Below, in pieces: positions 48,816 through 62,252 of a DNA stretch of 64,000 bases. A model generated the notes under the pieces. The model was not told where the DNA came from and ran no database searches. It worked only from the letters and a program-made list of their open reading frames with translations. Both the position numbers and the translations under genes were made by a program. The DNA comes from Octopus vulgaris (lineage: Eukaryota): positions 186,930,001-186,994,000 of the forward strand of contig OX597814.1 of assembly GCA_951406725.2 (NCBI GenBank), read 5' to 3'. Numbering within the stretch: the first letter of the stretch is position 1; the number at the start of each line of letters is the position of its first letter.

Positions 48816-49347
48816 TTGGGTTGCCTGGAAAGTTCTGGGCATTTTTGAGCTAAATCTTTTAACACTTCATTGAACATACCTGAATCATAACATAGTTAAA
48901 ACTTTGGCATTGCTTGAAGTAGTAGTGTATTTCTTCTTTGTTCTTGACTCAAAATAGATTCATCTTTCATTCCAGCTACCCCTTATTGACATTTGAAATG
49001 GATAACCGAAAATGTCATATTTGTGTTGTAATGCTTTTCTTTCTTGAAAAAAGGAGAAAATTCTGCAAAAACTTGCAAAAACATTCATGAAGTTCATGGT
49101 GATGAATCTTTATGTGAATCAACTGTATGAAGGTGGTTTGCAAAATTTAAAACTGGAGAGTTAAGCTTGGAAGAGGACAGTTTCAGTGGAAAAACTTCAA
49201 AATTAGATGATATTCCAAAGACAAAAATCAAAGGAAACTCAAATATCATGAACTTGCAGAGGAGTTGGAAGTTTCTAAAAGTACATTTCATGAAGTATAT
49301 CCCTTTTTGCATATTAAAAATCACTCAGAACTTTCCAGGCAACCTAA
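48816..49347 (+). mobile_element. internally deleted mariner
   Basis: TIRs TTGGGTTGCCTGGAAAGTTCTG / CAGAACTTTCCAGGCAACCTAA, TA flanks, WFAKFKTG remnant. Confidence 0.85.
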
Positions 49348-49350
49348 TAC

Positions 49351-49657
49351 ATCATCATCATCATCATTGTTTAACGTCTGTTTTCCATGCTAGCATGGGT
49401 TATGTGCAGGTAGCATGTAAAAAACATCTTTTGAGTGTGGTCATTGTCAGAACCGCTTGACTGGACCTCCTGACGGTGGTATGTAAAAGCACCTACTACA
49501 CTCTTGGAGTGGTTGGCATTAGGAAGGGCATCCAGCTGTAGAAACTGTGCCAGATAAGGTTGAGCCTGGTGCAGCCTTCTGACTCACCAGTCCTCAGTCA
49601 AACCGTCCAACCGATGCCCAGCATGGAAAGCAGACGTTAAATGATGATGATGATGAT
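49351..49657. mobile_element. RTE 3' end with a short inverted copy of the tail
   Basis: (CAT)n GTTTAACGTC at left, GACGTTAAAT(GAT)n at right, AGGAAGGGCATCCAGCTGTAG inside. Confidence 0.65.
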
Positions 49658-49669
49658 ATATATATATAT

Positions 49670-49855
49670 ACTCTTTTACTCATTTACTGCCTTTTACTGT
49701 TGGAGCACTGCCTTTAGTCAAGCAAATCGACCCCTGGACTTAATCTTCGTAAGCCTAGTACTTATTCTATTGGCCCCTTTTACCGAACTGCTAAGTTACA
49801 GGGACGTAAACACACCAGCATCAGTTCTCAAGCTATGTTGGGGGGATAAACACAG

Positions 49856-49912
<57 letters not shown>

Positions 49913-50060
49913 TATGACGGGCTTCTTTCAGTTTCCGTCTATCAAATCCACTCATATGGCTTTGGGCGGCCCGAGGCTATAGAAGAAGATACTTGCCCAA
50001 GGTGCCACACAGTGGAACTGAACCCAAAGCCATGTGGTTGGTAAGCAAGCTACTTACCAC
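49670..50060 (-). mobile_element. SINE family B
   Basis: Matches family B. Confidence 0.8.
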
Positions 50061-50072
50061 ATATAAACTTAT

Positions 50073-52177
50073 ATCATCATCATCATCATCATCGTTTAAC
50101 GTCCGTTCTCCATGCTAGCATGGGTTGGACGGTTCGACAGGTGCCAGGCGAGGCTGGCAACGGCCACGGTCAGATTGGTGTATTTTATGTGCCACCGGCA
50201 CGGAAGCCAGTCGAGGTGGTGCTGGCATCGGCCACGAGTCGGATAGTGCTTTTTACGTACCACCGGACCAGGGATCCTGGCTGGTTCAATTCGATTTCGA
50301 TTTCGCTTGCCCCAACATGTCTTCACAAGCAAAGGGGGTTGGCATGGGTGCCTGTCGTACGGTCGCATTGGAGTATTTTACGTGCCACGGCCATGAGTCG
50401 GATAGTGCTTTTTACGTACCACCAGACCAGGGATCCTGGCTGGTTCAATTCGATTTCGATTTCGCTTGCCCCAACATGTCTTCACAAGCAAAGGGGGTTG
50501 GCATGGGTGCCTGTCGTACGGTCGCATTGGAGTATTTTACGTGCCACGGCCACGAGTCGGATAGTGCTTTTTACGTACCACCAGGCCAGGGATCCTGGCT
50601 GGTTCAATTCGGTTTCGCTTGCCCCAACATGTCTTCGCAAGCATGGGGGGTTGGCATGGGTGTCTGTCGTCGGATGAGGTTCTATATCGACTTCGCTTGC
50701 CTCAACAGGTCTTTGTGTCCAAGGGAGGAAAGGCATTCATAAGTGGGCTGGGCTCACTTGTCCTGCCTGGTCTTCTCACGTACAGAATATTTCCAAAGGT
50801 CTCGGTCGCTGGTCATTTCCTCAGTGAGGCCTAAAGTTCGAAGGTCGTGCTTCACCACCTCGTCCCAGGTTTTCCTGGGTCTACCTCTTCCATGGGTTCC
50901 CTCAACTGCTAGGGATTGGCACTTTCTCACACACCTATCTTCATCCATTCTCGCCACATGACCATACCAGCGCAATCGTCTCTCTTGCACACCACAACTG
51001 ATGCTTCTTAGGTACAACATTTCTCTCAAGGTGCTAGCGCTCTGTCGAGTATGTACACTGACATTATGATATTACACATCCATCGGAGCATACTGGCTTC
51101 ATTCCTCACGAGCTTACGCATGTCCTCAGCAGTCACGGCCCATGTTTCGCTGCCATGTAGCATGGCTGTTCATACACACGCATCATACAGTCTGCCTTTT
51201 ACTCTGAGCGAGAGGCCTTTAGTCACCAGCAGAGGTAAGAGCTCCCTAAACTTTGCCCAGGCTATTCTTATTCTAGCAGTTACACTTTCAGCGCACCCAC
51301 CCCCACTACTGACTTGGTCACCTAGATAACGGAAGCTATCAACTACTTCTAGTTTTTCCCCCTGGAAAGTGACGGAAGTTGTTTTCTGCAGATTTTCGGA
51401 GGTTAATGCTCCCGAGCATCTGCCACATACAAAAACTATCTTCCCAGTTAGCCTACCTTTGACATTGCTGCACCTCTTATGTGTCCATAGCTTACACTGG
51501 GTACATCTTATAGAGTTTCTACCTACACCTTTTCTACAGATCGAGCAGGGCCATCTTCCTGAAGATATTTGTGGATTGTCTACCTTCCTACTTATTAGTA
51601 CTTTGGTTTTAGCTAGGTTGACTCTAAGGCCCCTTGATTCTAAACCCTCCTTCCACACCTGGAACTTCTCCTCCAGTTCTGATAGTGACTCAGCAATAAG
51701 AGCAAGGTCGTCAGCGTAGAGGAGCTCCCAGGGACAGCCTGTCTTGAATTCCTCCGTAATTGCCTGGAGTACTATGATAAATAGGAGGGGGCTGAGTACT
51801 GAACCCTGGTGGACCCCAACCTCTACTTTGAATTCTTCTGTGTACATGTTGCCAACCCTAACCTTACTTACGGCATCTCTGAACATGGCTTGCACAGTCC
51901 TCACCAGCCATTCATATATCCCTAGTTTCCTCATTGACCACCAGATAAGGGATCGGGGGACCCTATCAAAAGCTTTCTCCATGTCAACGAAAGCCAGGTA
52001 CAGGGGCTTATCTTTGGCTAGGTATTTCTCCTGCAGCTGCCTTACCAGGAATATAGCATCAGTGGTACTTTTCCCTGGCACGAACCCAAACTGCATCTCA
52101 TCTAAACTAACTCTCTCTCTAATTAGTTGGGCTATGACTCTCTCCGTAACCTTCATTACTTGATCCAACAGCTTGAT
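50073..52177 (-). mobile_element. 5'-truncated RTE LINE (RT, PHD-like finger, C-terminus, 3' UTR)
   Basis: QFGFVPG, FVDMEKAFD, GVHQGSVLSP, LLYADD, FRYLG, RLRWYGHV; (GAT)n tail. Confidence 0.93.
50231..50670 (-). repeat. 159 bp tandem triplication within the RTE 3' UTR
   Basis: GCCA.GAGTCGGATAGTGC starts at 50231, 50390, 50549. Confidence 0.9.
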
Positions 52178-52258
52178 ATATATGTGTATATATATATATA
52201 TATATGAAAAAACAAGTCAAAAATAGAAAATGCTAAAATAATTTTATAGTGAACATTT

Positions 52259-52296
52259 CAGTACCGGTTTCGGTCATTTTGAGACCTTTTCAACTG
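52259..52296 (-). ncRNA. minimal type I hammerhead ribozyme, U3-A8 variant
   Basis: CAG TTGAAAA GGTC TCAAAAT GACC GAAA CCG GTA CTG in the PLE 3' UTR. Confidence 0.75.
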
Positions 52297-52981
52297 TAAC
52301 GATTAAATAATTAAATTTAGAAAAATTAGAAGAAAAGTTTTTTTAAAGGAATATTTCTATAGCAATGTTCAGATATAAGTGGCATTCTGCCTTTCTCTGA
52401 CTCCCTTGTTTGCACTTGTGTGTTGGAGGTCGTTGTGAGTTCTTGGTAGGGTAGTAGAGGAAGAAGGCTGATGAGGAAAGGGGGTGGGAGAATCTGGGAG
52501 TGCCCTGATGGTCGTATTTTGAATGGTCAGTGGCGGCTGGCAGTCGCAGTTCAATTCTAGAGAATATTTCTATTGAAAGGCTTGTTTATAGAATTTGCGT
52601 AGGTGTTATACTAAAAAACATTAGTGACAAAGTTAAGGGGTAGAAGGTGGAGAAGTAGAAGAAGAAGAAGAAGAAGATGACGATGTTGATGATGATGATG
52701 ATGAAGAAGAAGAAGGAGAAGGAGAAGATGACGATGATGGTGATGGTGGTGATGATTATGACGATGATGATGATGATAATGATGATGATGAAGAAGAAGA
52801 GGAAGAAGAAGAAAAAAACAGAGAAGGGAGAATATGAATGGGTTAAAGTAGTGAGGTGTTGTATGACTTGAAGTTGGCATGTTATGGATTATAGCTGTGA
52901 TTTTAGCTGTGATTAGTAATGGATTCTTTGGTATGTAATATTTGTGTGTGAATATTTCTTTTATTCTAAAGTTGAGGTATA

Positions 52982-55250
52982 TTAATTGTTTGTCGTAGAC
53001 CTGTTAAGAAGTGGCCTGTATTTTGCAATAAAGAGAGTTTCTTTACTTATTCGTTGTCTCGAGGTTGTTTCGTCCCTAAATTGGTAGAGGGGGAAAATCC
53101 TGAAGCTTGGTGTTTTTTTGTTGGCGCAAGTATCTATGTGTTGGCTAAAAGCTATTTTTCTGTTTTGGGGAATTTTTATCTGGGATCTGTGCAGGGCCAT
53201 TCGTTTACGCAAACTATTTTTTGTTTGGCCTATGTACTGCTCTTGACACCCGGAGCAGGTTAGTGAGTATATTAGGTTCTCCGAAGCACATGTGAAGTTG
53301 CTTTTCACTGTAAACCGTTGTCCCTGTTTGAAGGAGAACTCTGATCCCTCAATTAGATAGTCGCATATCCCGCAATTGGGTCTTCCACATTTTTTTACTG
53401 TCGGCTTCTGTGTTGAAGAGTGAATTCGGGCTTGTGTTAGGAGACTTTTCATGGATTTAGGCTGTCTCTTGCTTTTTATGATCGTGTGTGTTTGGAGGAT
53501 TGTGTTCATTCTGTGGTCTTTTTTTAGGAGGGGTATGTTGTGGAGGATGGTGCCGAAGGCTTCGTTATTGAGAGGGTTGTGTGTGGAGATGTATGGTAAG
53601 GCTTTTGGTTGTAAGTTTTTCTTTGATTTGGGATGTCTCAGTTCCTTGATGTTAAGTTGAAGGGCACATTGAATGCACTTGTCAATAAGTGAAGGTGGAT
53701 AGTTCCTGGTGATAAGGGTATCTTTTAGTTCTTGTAGTCGTGTGTCTCTGGTGTTTGCGTTCGAGACTATAGTGCATATCCTTTTTGCTAGGTTGAAGGG
53801 GATATTCATCCTGGTGTGTCTGGGGTGGCATGAATTGAATGGAAGATATTGCTTAGAGTCTGTAGGCTTATAATATATGTCTGTTTCTATTATATTATTA
53901 GCTTTCTTAATGAGGATATCGAGGAAGGGGAGTTGTTGCTGGCTATATTCCATTGTGAATTGGATGTTTACGTCCAGTCCGTTTAAAATTTCCTGGAATT
54001 CTATGAGTTTTTCTATATTTTTATGCCAAAGGATGAAACAGTCATCTAGATATCTCTTCCAGTTGTTTTCTATGTAGATGGAGAAAGGGCTGCCATATCT
54101 TTCTAGAACCTTACGATACAGACTGATCTCTAGATATCCTATGATTAGGTTGGCAAAGGAGGGGGCCATTCGTGTACCCATCGCAGTCCCCGATTTTTGT
54201 CGGTAGAAGTTGTCATTGAAGGCGAAGAAGTTATTTTCCAGGATGAATTTAACCCCTTCTATCACAAATTCTTTTTTGATGCGATGTGGTAGTTCGTTGG
54301 CGTGATTTTCTAGCCAGAATTGGATTGCCTCTAGTCCTAGGTTGTGGGGATATTGGAGTAGAGGTTGACTACATCGAAGGATACCAGTATGGTGTTTTTG
54401 TTTATAGTATTCGGTAGGTGATTGAGCATATCTAAGTCGTCCCTTATATAGCTTTTGACATGTTTTAGGAGTGGTTTTAACAGGGTGTCTAAAAAGTTAC
54501 TGAGGCGGTGGGTTTCGCATGCGGGACCTGCTATTATGGGTCTCAATTTGAGGTCATTAGGATTAGGGACTTTAATTATTTTGTCTGTAGCTATCTTGCA
54601 TGCGTTGCTTATTTTCTCACTTTTGTGGATCTTAGGTATACCGTAGAATTGGCTGGTTTTGCTTGTGAAATTGGTCATATAATCATATCCTTTGTCGGTG
54701 AGCCCTGCTTTGTATGGGTTTAATATGGATTTTAGTTCCCTCATTATTTTTTTTTGACTGTAGTTTTGTGCCTTTTCATAGTATGTTGTGTCTTCCAGCA
54801 TAGAAAGTACCAAAGTTATGTAAAATGTCGTATCCATTAAGACAACAGCACTCCCTTTATTGGCCTCTTTGATTGTTATTGTTTTATCTAGTTTTAATTT
54901 GTTCAACTCAGCCCATTCTTTTTTGCTGAAGTTTGGTTTGTGTTTTTGTTTGTGCATATGTTGGTATGGGTAATTTGATATGTGGTCACAGAAATCATCA
55001 AGTGTTTTGTTCTTACCTTTCGAGGGGTGTAGTTACTCCTATTTCTGGCTAACGATTTGTCCTCGTTGTATTTATCGTATAGCTCCTCAGTAAGTCTTAA
55101 TTTTCTGCAGAATTCTGCGATGTCTTCTTTCATTTCATTGTAGTTGGGGTGTTGTGGGGTGGGTGTAAACTTGAGTCCTTTGGAAAGCATGTTTATTTGG
55201 TTTGCTGTTAGTTCCTTGTGAGTTAGATTGATAATTTTTATTACTTTTGG
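52982..55250 (-). pseudogene. PLE reverse transcriptase and GIY-YIG endonuclease
   Basis: ORF pieces 54903-55190, 54337-54957, 52982-54265 separated by frameshifts. Confidence 0.9.
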
Positions 55251-56343
55251 TTCCTCCTGCTTGTTTGGTGCTATCTTGTGTCTCTGTGTTTGCGTATTGG
55301 GTCTAAAAAATGAATGCGGTGGTTGGGACGGTAGCTAGTATATAGTTGTTCTTTGTTGATGTGGGGTCTCCTGTTGTGATTTATGGTGTGTGTTCTTGGA
55401 GCAGTATTGAGGAGAGCATCCTGATATCCCATATTCGGGTGTGGTGTTCTAGGAGGCCTTCGTTGGTAATCATTGCAAGTGGTGTGGGTTTGTTGTGCAT
55501 GGTTGTTTAACCGGTTGATGGGGCGAAGATTTCGTTGGTAACTCCTTTGGGTGGGGATAAGGTTGCAGTGTCTATGCTGTGGGTGTTGATTTATCCTTTC
55601 TCTGCTTGAAGTGGGGGTATTCCTGATATTGTATCGCTGGCTGCTTACAGAGTTAGGGTTAGGTCCTGTATTCTTTTTTTGATAGTAGTGAAGGTTCCGA
55701 TTTTTAGACAGGTGTGTATCGGTGTTTGGGTGTTGTTTTTCTTATTTTCTGGAAAGGGTTGTTGGAGGCGTGCTCTGTTTGAAAGACGGCTTCATAGTCT
55801 GAGAACCAAGTGGCGCTTTTCTCCCAGCGTTGGAGAGATTTTAGTTCTTCTTTTTCACAGTCCTCTTTCCATAGTTTAGAGAACTTCTCTTGATCTGGGC
55901 CTTGGGTCATTTTGCGAATTTCTTCGTTGATATCTTCATCGGTGGATTTTATTTTATCCTCATTCGTTTGGGCCCTCAATTTCAGAAGTTCTATTTCCAT
56001 TTTCATTTTTTCCAGTGCCATTCTCTCCCTGAAGTGTCTTTGTGTTTCAGGTTCTTCTGTAATAGCTTTGAACTGGAATTTACGTGGGAGGATTAACGGG
56101 GTCCGGTTGAGCCATTTTTCGTATATATCCGCTTTGTTGTTGTTTTGGATCATCTTCCAAAAGGCGAACTTTCTATCTCTGAGTGATTTGTTCCATTGTG
56201 GTATTATGTGGTGTTTCATTTGGTATGTTGTTAGAGTATTGATCCCATATATTGACGTGTTTGGAGGTCCTTGGTTAGCGTTGTTAGAGAAAAATGTTCT
56301 AATTGTTTCGCATAAGTTTCCAAGGTTTATATATATATGCATA

Positions 56344-56380
<37 letters not shown>

Positions 56381-56447
56381 GCATATATATGTATATATAT
56401 ATATGTGTGTGTGTATATATATGAATATATCTATATATACATATAAC

Positions 56448-56941
56448 TTCTATAATTATGGGTATAATTATAATTAGGGTTCAGTAAAATTTGCTTCACC
56501 ACATATCGAAATTTAGAAATAGCAGTTAAACTACTATTTTACTACCATAAGAGTGAGGAGGAAAACAAGATCTCATTCGTCTGTTTGAATTCGGAAGTAC
56601 TGGTCTCTGGATATATATTGTCTGATGTCGTTTGATCAGATAAATATGTTAATTTTCAGTGCTCTCAAATCTAAAATCTTGAATTACTGTACTGAGGAGG
56701 AGAATGAGTGAGTAGAAATATGATTTTACATTTTTCACATCTCTCTAACTCCGAAACACGTATCAGAGCCGAGTGGAGGCGTTATTTTTTTCTCTTTACC
56801 TGCGTGAGTTGTTGAGTATTGCTGTCGGGGAGATTTACTTATGGTAGTAAAATAGTAGTTTAACTGCTATTTCTAAATTTCGGTATGTGGTGAAGCAAAT
56901 TTTACTGAACTCTAATTATAATTATACTCATAATTATAGAA
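56448..56941. mobile_element. foldback PLE remnant, 104 bp arms around a hammerhead
   Basis: Arms 56448-56551 / 56838-56941; 56687-56766 CTGTA CTGAGGA GGAG...CTCC GAAA CAC GTA TCAG. Confidence 0.65.
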
Positions 56942-57038
56942 TTTTTGTATAAGTTTACCAAAAATGGTTCTTTTAACATACCGAACTACTTGATAGAATT
57001 ATTAATTATTAATTAATTAATTAATTTTACCCTTTATT

Positions 57039-57094
<56 letters not shown>

Positions 57095-58209
57095 CAGGGA
57101 TTGGACAAAATAATGGAAACACCTTTAAAATTTCAAACAAATTATTTTAACATGGGCTAGGATCACCTTTGGCAGTAATTACAGCTTGAATTCTATGAGG
57201 TATGGACTCGTACAAAGTTTGAATTGTTTCCAAAGATATTCAACTTCACTACATTCAGTAACAACTTTAGCTGTGTGAATTGGTGTATTATCATCCTGAA
57301 AAATTGTGTTTCCCTCCGGAAGCAATTCCACAAACATAGGATGAATTTGATCAGATAAAATGCTGAAAGTCTTGACTATTAATTCTGCCATGAAGGGAAA
57401 CCATTGGACCGGCAGATTTCCAAGATACAGACCCTCCTCCATGATCATCACAGATCCTCCTCCATGTTTGACAGTTGGAACAAGGCAGTCTGGGTCAAAT
57501 GCTTCTTTAGGCTGTCTCCACACATATACTTGGCTGGTGGTGGGAAATAGGGTAAAGGATGACTCGTCTGAGAAAATAACATTCTTCCACTGTTCTAGGG
57601 ACCAATTCTACAGGTTTTTACTCCACTCTAAATGCTTTGCAACGTTTATTTTTGAAAGTAGTCAGTTTTCTGATTGCAGCCCTCCCTTGAAATCCAGCTT
57701 TGTGCAGCTCCCAGTGAACATTTTTTGTGGAATCTGGGTTCTTGAGGTCACCATTAAGCTCTGCAGTAATTTTGGGAGCTGTACTTTTGTGATCCTTTCG
57801 AACAATTCGTGTAAGAGTCCAACAGTCCTTATCTGAATGTTTTGGTTTTCTTCCAGAGTTTTGTTTTGACAAGGAGGTTTTTCCCTCTTTCTCAAAGGTT
57901 GTCATTACTTTTGAGACAGTACTTCTTGATACACCAAGCACTTCGGTTGTTTTCATTATGCTAGTTCCTGCCATATGAGCACAAACAATTTGATCTCTTT
58001 GAAAGTCCAATAGATCTGTCATTTTAATGAATTTTAATTACCTTTTTCTGATGATATCTGAAAAGAAAAAGCAATTTTAGCAAAACATATTAAGCAACAC
58101 TAATAATAAATCAAAAAACATAAAAATGAACAAGCTTTTGACGGTTTTATAGATATTTTAAAATTATGATGCTATGATGCTAGGTGTTTCTATTATTTTG
58201 TCCAACCCC

Positions 58210-58211
<2 letters not shown>
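57095..58211 (-). mobile_element. decayed Tc1 transposon
   Basis: TIRs CAGGGATTGGACAAAATAATGGAAACACCT / AGGTGTTTCTATTATTTTGTCCAACCCCTG; SGRKPK, TVKHGGGSVM, FQDDNTPIH. Confidence 0.9.
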
Positions 58212-58258
<47 letters not shown>

Positions 58259-58457
58259 ATATCTGTGTGTATATATATGTGTATATATATGTATATGTGT
58301 ATGTATATATATATGTATATATATGTGTATGTGTATATATATATGTATATATATGTGTATGTGTATATATATGTATATATATATGTGTGTGTATGTATAT
58401 ATATGTATATATATATGTGTGTGTATGTGTATATATATATATATATATATATGTATA

Positions 58458-58490
<33 letters not shown>

Positions 58491-58689
58491 GTAGATATGT
58501 ACATATGTGTATATATATATATGTGTGTATGTATATTTGTTTATATATGTGTGTGTGTGTGTATGTCTGTTTCAATGTATGAGGCTCCAACAACGTACTC
58601 TTTCTTTGTCAGTCATAATGCTCATGTTGAATGTGACATTTAAGTCCTGCCAACAATTTACAAAGAAGGCCACAGATGTTCCAGGTATG

Positions 58690-60923
58690 TGAATTACAGG
58701 TCAGTGCAGGTAGTATATTTGCAGCCTCTTTTCTCCTTTGCTTTGCACCCTGAAGCCTGTTAATGCTGGTTGCAGCAAAGTTTCTAATACCATTTTGACA
58801 CAACGATCTCCATATTGTTCATTCCAAGGCTGTTCACTCAAAGGTGTTGTGAGCAATCTTCATTTCTAAGAGGTTACTCTTCAGTTTGTCCTTATATCTG
58901 AGCCATGGTCAATCAACATTCCTGTGCTCACTCTCAACCTGGCTGTACATGAGGACTTTGGGTATTCTTTCGTCACTCATTCTGATGACATCGCCAGCCC
59001 AGCGCAATTGGGATTGCATAAGGAAGCTCTCGATTCCACCAATCTTACACTTGCTAAACAAGTCGGCATTAGAAACTTTGTCTTTTAGTGAATAACAGCA
59101 GATTTTCCTCAGATAGTCTTTGTGGAAGATGTCTAGTTGGTTAATGTCATCTATAGGGTATCCACAATTCTGAACCATACAAGAAAGTAGTAAGAATGGA
59201 AACTTTATAGACCTGTTCTTTGGTGTCAAGTTTGATGCTCCTTTCATTCCATAGGTAATGATGTAGTTTGCTAAATGCATTGGTTGCCTCTGCAAGATGG
59301 TTGATGATTCATCATCAAGGGAAGCACACAAATTCACTTAACTCCCAAGATATGTAAATGACTTCACATAATTTAGCTTTTCCCAACAACCTGTATAGGA
59401 ATGTCAGGAAAATTGTGAACTGGTAGCCTCTGCTTGACACCTCAAATTTGTTTAGTAGGGCAAGGTTGGTGGATTACTTTCGTCTTCTTTATACTGATGG
59501 CTAAACCAAAGGCTTTACATGCAGCAGAAAACCCTTCTAGAAGTTCTTGAGCTTCCTCTAAGGAGGTTGCTGCTAGTGCAGCTTCATCTGCAAAAAGTAG
59601 CTCACAAATGATACTGATGCAAAGCAGTGTTCTGGTTTTGAAATGCTGATGATTGGATAGTCCACCACTTGTTTGAAAATGGAATTTGACACCACTTTGT
59701 ATGTCACCAAAAGCATAACTCAGCATCACTGAAAAGAAGAGTGCAAACAAAACAGGGCCATAACACAACCTTGCTTTCTGCTGTTTGTAAAGTTGAAGGA
59801 AGCCAAAGATTCCCCACTAGACATGACAGCAGCTGTCATTCCCTTATGGAAGAAGATAACATCCAACATCTTTTCAGGTGTACCAAGCTTTTTCAGAACT
59901 TCCCATAGTGCTTGCCAATTAATAGTGTTGAAGGCTTTAGTAAGGTCAACGAATATCAAGAACAACTCATCATTTTACTCACATACCTTCTCCATGACCT
60001 GTCGAAGGGAAATGATAATATTGATAGTGCCACAACCAGAGTGAAATCCACAGTGTGATTATGGATAGATATCATTTACAAGGTGCTTGATGATCCTGTC
60101 AAGAATGGGTCGAGCAAGAATCTTACCAGCAATAGACAGAAGCGTTATCCCACAATGATTATCACAGACACTTTTGTTTCCTTTATAATATAAAGATGTT
60201 GAATTGAGGCATCCTTGAAGTCCTGTGGTACACGGCCTACCATCCAAATGTTTATGAAGAGGTCATGCAGTTTCTTAAAAAGCTTCTGTCCACCACGCTT
60301 ATAGATTTCAGGAGGGACATCATCCCTGCCAGGTGCTTTACCAGAAGAGAACTGTTTAATAGAGTTTAACACTTCCAGGAAGTTTGGCTCCAGAGACAGT
60401 TCTGGTATTTCAGTATGCTGTGGAATAAACATTATGACATCATCATTAGTGACTGAGGCAGTGTTCAACATGGCTTCAAAGTAATCTTTCCATCTTTTCA
60501 GGATGTTAGATTTGTCAGTCAAGCGTGTCTCTCAATTCGATAAAAAAAATAGGAGTAACACCATGCTCTTGAGGACCATACACTTTCTCGAGGCCATCAT
60601 AAAAGGCTTTAGAATCCTTGTTCAGTAGCCTTGGAAGGTCACCAGAGCACATTGGACCTGACCTCTGCATTTCTTGTAGGCATTTTCTTTTCTGAATGAG
60701 CTCTTATCATTTATCCATGTTTTGTGAGAGATGTGCATTTTATCGATCAACTGTTAGACATCTGTGTTGTTATCGCTGAACCAATCTTGATGTTTACAAA
60801 TAGGAAGTCCAAGAACCTCTACAGAGACAGAATGAATTGCATCATGCAAAGCCTTCTAAGATGATTCTATGTCATCATTGATGTCAACAGTATTGAGTGC
60901 AGTGTCCAACTTGATAGAGAGAT

Positions 60924-60925
<2 letters not shown>
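58690..60925 (-). mobile_element. decayed RTE (BovB-like) LINE
   Basis: SGKAPGRD, GITLLSIAGKIL, FVDLTKAFN, LLFADEAAL, QLRWAGDV. Confidence 0.88.
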
Positions 60926-60981
<56 letters not shown>

Positions 60982-61208
60982 GTGTATATATATATAGATG
61001 TGTGTGTATATATATGTGTGTATATATATAGGTGTGTGTGTATATATATGTGTATATATATATATACATATATATATATACACATGTGTATATATATATA
61101 CATGTATGTATATATATGTGTGTATATATATGTATATAAATACATATATATGTATATATATGTGTATATATATATGTATATATATATATACATATATATG
61201 TATATATA

Positions 61209-61251
<43 letters not shown>

Positions 61252-62156
61252 TATATATATGTATGTGTGTGTGTATTTGTATCTGCATATGTGTATATTG
61301 GCCTATCTGCTAACCAGTGGGATAGCATCTTTTGCATATTTCAACAATGTGGTGAAGAAGCACATTGCGAAAAGTGGTGTACAACAGCATCTATTAGTGT
61401 GGTTGACAAAAGGCCAGGAAGAAAGTGAAGATATCAATATAACATAAGTTTAATATTTGTTACAAATGTTTCAGTACTCCTTTCCATTTTGAATTTGATC
61501 AGTTATATAACTATATTATATTGATGTCTTCATCTTCCCTCTTTCAAATATTATTCTATTAAATACTTATTCATTCGTTATATGAATGATAAGTACCTGA
61601 AGTTCCTGCTCTTTTGGATAAGTTACTTCCCAGTGTTTACATATAAATAGCCCTGAGTGCCACAAGGAATAACCAAGATTTTACTGAATCAAAATGCAGA
61701 TTGCATTTCATACATACATATATAGTACACACACATACACGTTCTCATGCATGCATTCATATGTATGTGCACACACACACTCACACACACACACAAACAT
61801 GCATACACACACATCTTTCAATGAATACTGGATTCATACTTGAGCTACTTCAAATTTCATGCTCAGATAGAACAGTAATCAGATGGGCTTGAATAGTGTG
61901 CATTGAATACTGTGCATGATCAAGTACAGCATGCAATACAAGTGAGCTGGATTATGCAGGGTACAGTATAAAAGCAAGTCTGATTACTGTATTATCTGAG
62001 CATAGAACTTGAAGTAGATCATGTATAACTCCTGTATTCATTAAATCATATTTATCTGTCACTGAACCGAGTGCTGTTTTTGCTGATCCTGTCAACAAGT
62101 GACCAGTATATTATATGTGTGTGTGTATACATTTATATATATATAGATAGATAGAT

Positions 62157-62219
<63 letters not shown>

Positions 62220-62252
62220 AAAGAATAATAAGCAACAAGAATGGATCGTTAG

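Larger units (their letters stand above)
52206..56328 (-). mobile_element. Penelope-like element, Neptune type, long but frameshifted
   Basis: LSKGLKFTPTP, LRPIIAG, SFDVVNLYSNIP, GTAMGT, RYLDD, Cys linker CGRPNCGIC, LIY...YIGQT; (TA)n on both sides. Confidence 0.92.
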
